From: an uncultured Actinomycetota bacterium
GTDB taxonomy: Bacteria > Actinomycetota > Thermoleophilia > RBG-16-64-13
Length of the DNA: 64,000 nucleotides
NCBI GenBank assembly: GCA_963803925.1
Contig: CAWDOM010000011.1
Span: 49,949 to 113,948, forward strand
Direction: 5' to 3'
Shown here: piece by piece, positions 62,604 to 64,000 of the stretch
Layout of the letters: each line of letters starts with the position of its first letter
How positions within the stretch are numbered: position 1 is the stretch's first letter
The notes under the pieces: generated by a model
Seen by the model: only the letters and a program-made list of their open reading frames with translations
The model's database searches: none
Told to the model about the DNA's origin: nothing
Made by a program: the position numbers and the translations under genes

Positions 62604-64000
62604 AGAAGGCTCCGCGCCGTTTCGAGAAGCGTGCCCTGCGTGAACGAGCTCTTGGTCAGGTAGGCGTTCGCGCCCACGTCTATGCCGCGCTCCTTCTGTT
62701 CCTGCGTTTCCATGCCGGTGACAAGCATGACCGGCATGCGGGAGAGACGCGTATCGGTGCGGATCTTGCTCGTCAGCTCGAAGCCGTCCATGCGCGGCAT
62801 CTCGATGTCGCTGATCACGAGGTCGAAGTCTTCCTCGCGCAGGGCCAAGAGGGCGTCGACACCGTCGACGGTCGGCTTGACGTAGTAACCCGCGGCCTCG
62901 AGCACGTTCTTGAGGAGCATGCGCGACGTGATGGAGTCCTCCACCACGAGCACGGCCTTTCTCGACTCGGCTCCGTTGGCGCCGGGGGAGTCGGAACGGC
63001 GGCCGTGGCGCGCGCCGGCGGCGGCCGACTGCAGGAGGTCGGCTATGTTCATGATGGGTACGACCTTGCCCGACCCGATGATGGTGCCCCCGGCGATGTT
63101 GCGCACCCGTACGAGCTGAGGACCGAGGGTCTTCACCAGGACCTCCTGCTCGCCGATGATGCGGTCGACTGCGAAGGCCACCCGATCGTCCCCGCTTCCG
63201 GCCACGACGGCCTGGAGGTAGTCGGAGGCGCTACGCTGCGGCTTGAGCGGAAGGTCGAGCACTTCGTGCAGGTAGACCAGCGGCAGGGTGTGTCCTTCGA
63301 GCTGGATGGTCTCGCGATTCTCGACAAGGCGTATGTCGGCTCTGCGCACCCGTACCACCCGGTCGACACTGACGACCGGCATGACGAACGGCCAGTCGCT
63401 CACCTGGGCGAGGATGCCGCGAGCGGTCGCCAGAGTCGCGGGCACTGTGATCCGGAACAGAGTCCCTTTGCCGTGCTCGGTCTCGACCGATACCGTGCCG
63501 CCCAGATAGTCGACCTTCTCCTCGACGATCGCCATGCCGAGACCCCTCCCCGAGACCTGCGACACTACGGTGCTGGTGGAGAGGCCCGAGGCGAAGACCA
63601 AGCGCAAGGCTTCGGCGTCGTCGGTGGCTTCGAGCTGGCCCTGAGTGCGGAGTCCGTCGCGTACGGCGGTCTCGCGCAGCAGTCGCACATCGATACCTCC
63701 GCCATCGTCGGAGACGCATATCTGGATCTTGTTGTTCTCGAGCTGGGTCACAGCTACGGCGATGCGACCGCGGGCCGGCTTGCCGAGGCTTTGCCTGGTG
63801 TCGGAGGCCTCGATGCCATGGTCGACAGCGTTGCGGAGGATATGGGTCAGGGGATCCTTAAGGTTCTCGATGACCCGTTTGTCGATCTCGATGTCGGCGC
63901 CGGTGATCAGCAGTTCGGCCTGTTTGCCGCGGCTGCGGGCGAGATCGCGCACCATCTTGGGGAAGCTCGAGAGGAGCGAAGCCACCGGGAGCATGAGGAC
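62600..64000 (-). CDS. cheA: CheA histidine kinase, 5'-partial (the gene continues beyond the window end), with a C-terminal fused receiver domain
   Basis: HATPase region (LTHILRNAVDHGIE...DDGGGID...GRGLGMAIV), a CheW-like domain, then REC (LVVEDSITSRMLL...LVISDIEMPRMDGFELT). The stop overlaps the cheB start. Confidence 0.85.
   Translation of the reverse strand, partial: VLMLPVASLLSSFPKMVRDLARSRGKQAELLITGADIEIDKRVIENLKDPLTHILRNAVDHGIEASDTRQSLGKPARGRIAVAVTQLENNKIQICVSDDGGGIDVRLLRETAVRDGLRTQGQLEATDDAEALRLVFASGLSTSTVVSQVSGRGLGMAIVEEKVDYLGGTVSVETEHGKGTLFRITVPATLATARGILAQVSDWPFVMPVVSVDRVVRVRRADIRLVENRETIQLEGHTLPLVYLHEVLDLPLKPQRSASDYLQAVVAGSGDDRVAFAVDRIIGEQEVLVKTLGPQLVRVRNIAGGTIIGSGKVVPIMNIADLLQSAAAGARHGRRSDSPGANGAESRKAVLVVEDSITSRMLLKNVLEAAGYYVKPTVDGVDALLALREEDFDLVISDIEMPRMDGFELTSKIRTDTRLSRMPVMLVTGMETQEQKERGIDVGANAYLTKSSFTQGTLLETARSLL

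Noticed and set aside
1-64000. Search for rRNA, tRNA, CRISPR arrays, transposase or integrase genes
   Set aside because: By eye I found no cloverleaf-like or rRNA-like conserved stretches, no regularly spaced direct repeats, and no ORF with recognisable transposase/integrase motifs. A tRNAscan/Infernal run would be needed to be sure.
1-64000. Glycyl-radical-enzyme activase (radical SAM, CxxxCxxC near the N-terminus plus a ferredoxin-like insert)
   Set aside because: I found no ORF in the six-frame track carrying the activase-type radical-SAM motif. All Cys-cluster proteins found are ferredoxin-type subunits of Mo or 2-oxoacid enzymes.

Overview
Visibly GC-rich bacterial segment, apparently from an anaerobe, densely coding on both strands. 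I recognised no rRNA, tRNA or CRISPR array. The main theme is anaerobic polyphenol (trihydroxybenzene) catabolism. There are four paralogs of the pyrogallol-phloroglucinol transhydroxylase-like molybdopterin large subunit: a 5'-truncated one at 1..720, a tandem pair at 11108..16184, and one at 51732..54365. Two Fe-S small subunits accompany them. The same theme includes a BKACE enzyme, an ADP-forming acyl-CoA synthetase, an HMG-CoA-synthase-like/DUF35 fusion, two SCP-x-type thiolases (one paired with a separate DUF35 protein), a TRAP transporter, and a MarR regulator with a duplicated promoter-operator module. Other blocks are: two tandem glycyl-radical enzymes plus an MFS transporter with no activase in the window; an NrpR-like regulator divergent from a NuoE/NuoF/ferredoxin/GltB-like operon; two further Mo enzymes; porGDAB; crotonase and acyl-CoA dehydrogenase; cheA-cheB; three type II toxin-antitoxin loci; and a Pif1-like helicase. 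The most unusual signals are (i) a ~162-nt MITE-like repeat family with four copies, two of them inside ORFs that stay open and one placed exactly between porA and porB, (ii) local clusters of single-base frame breaks, (iii) the activase-less glycyl-radical pair, and (iv) the NrpR-linked redox operon. All family assignments come from motif recognition by eye and need database confirmation.
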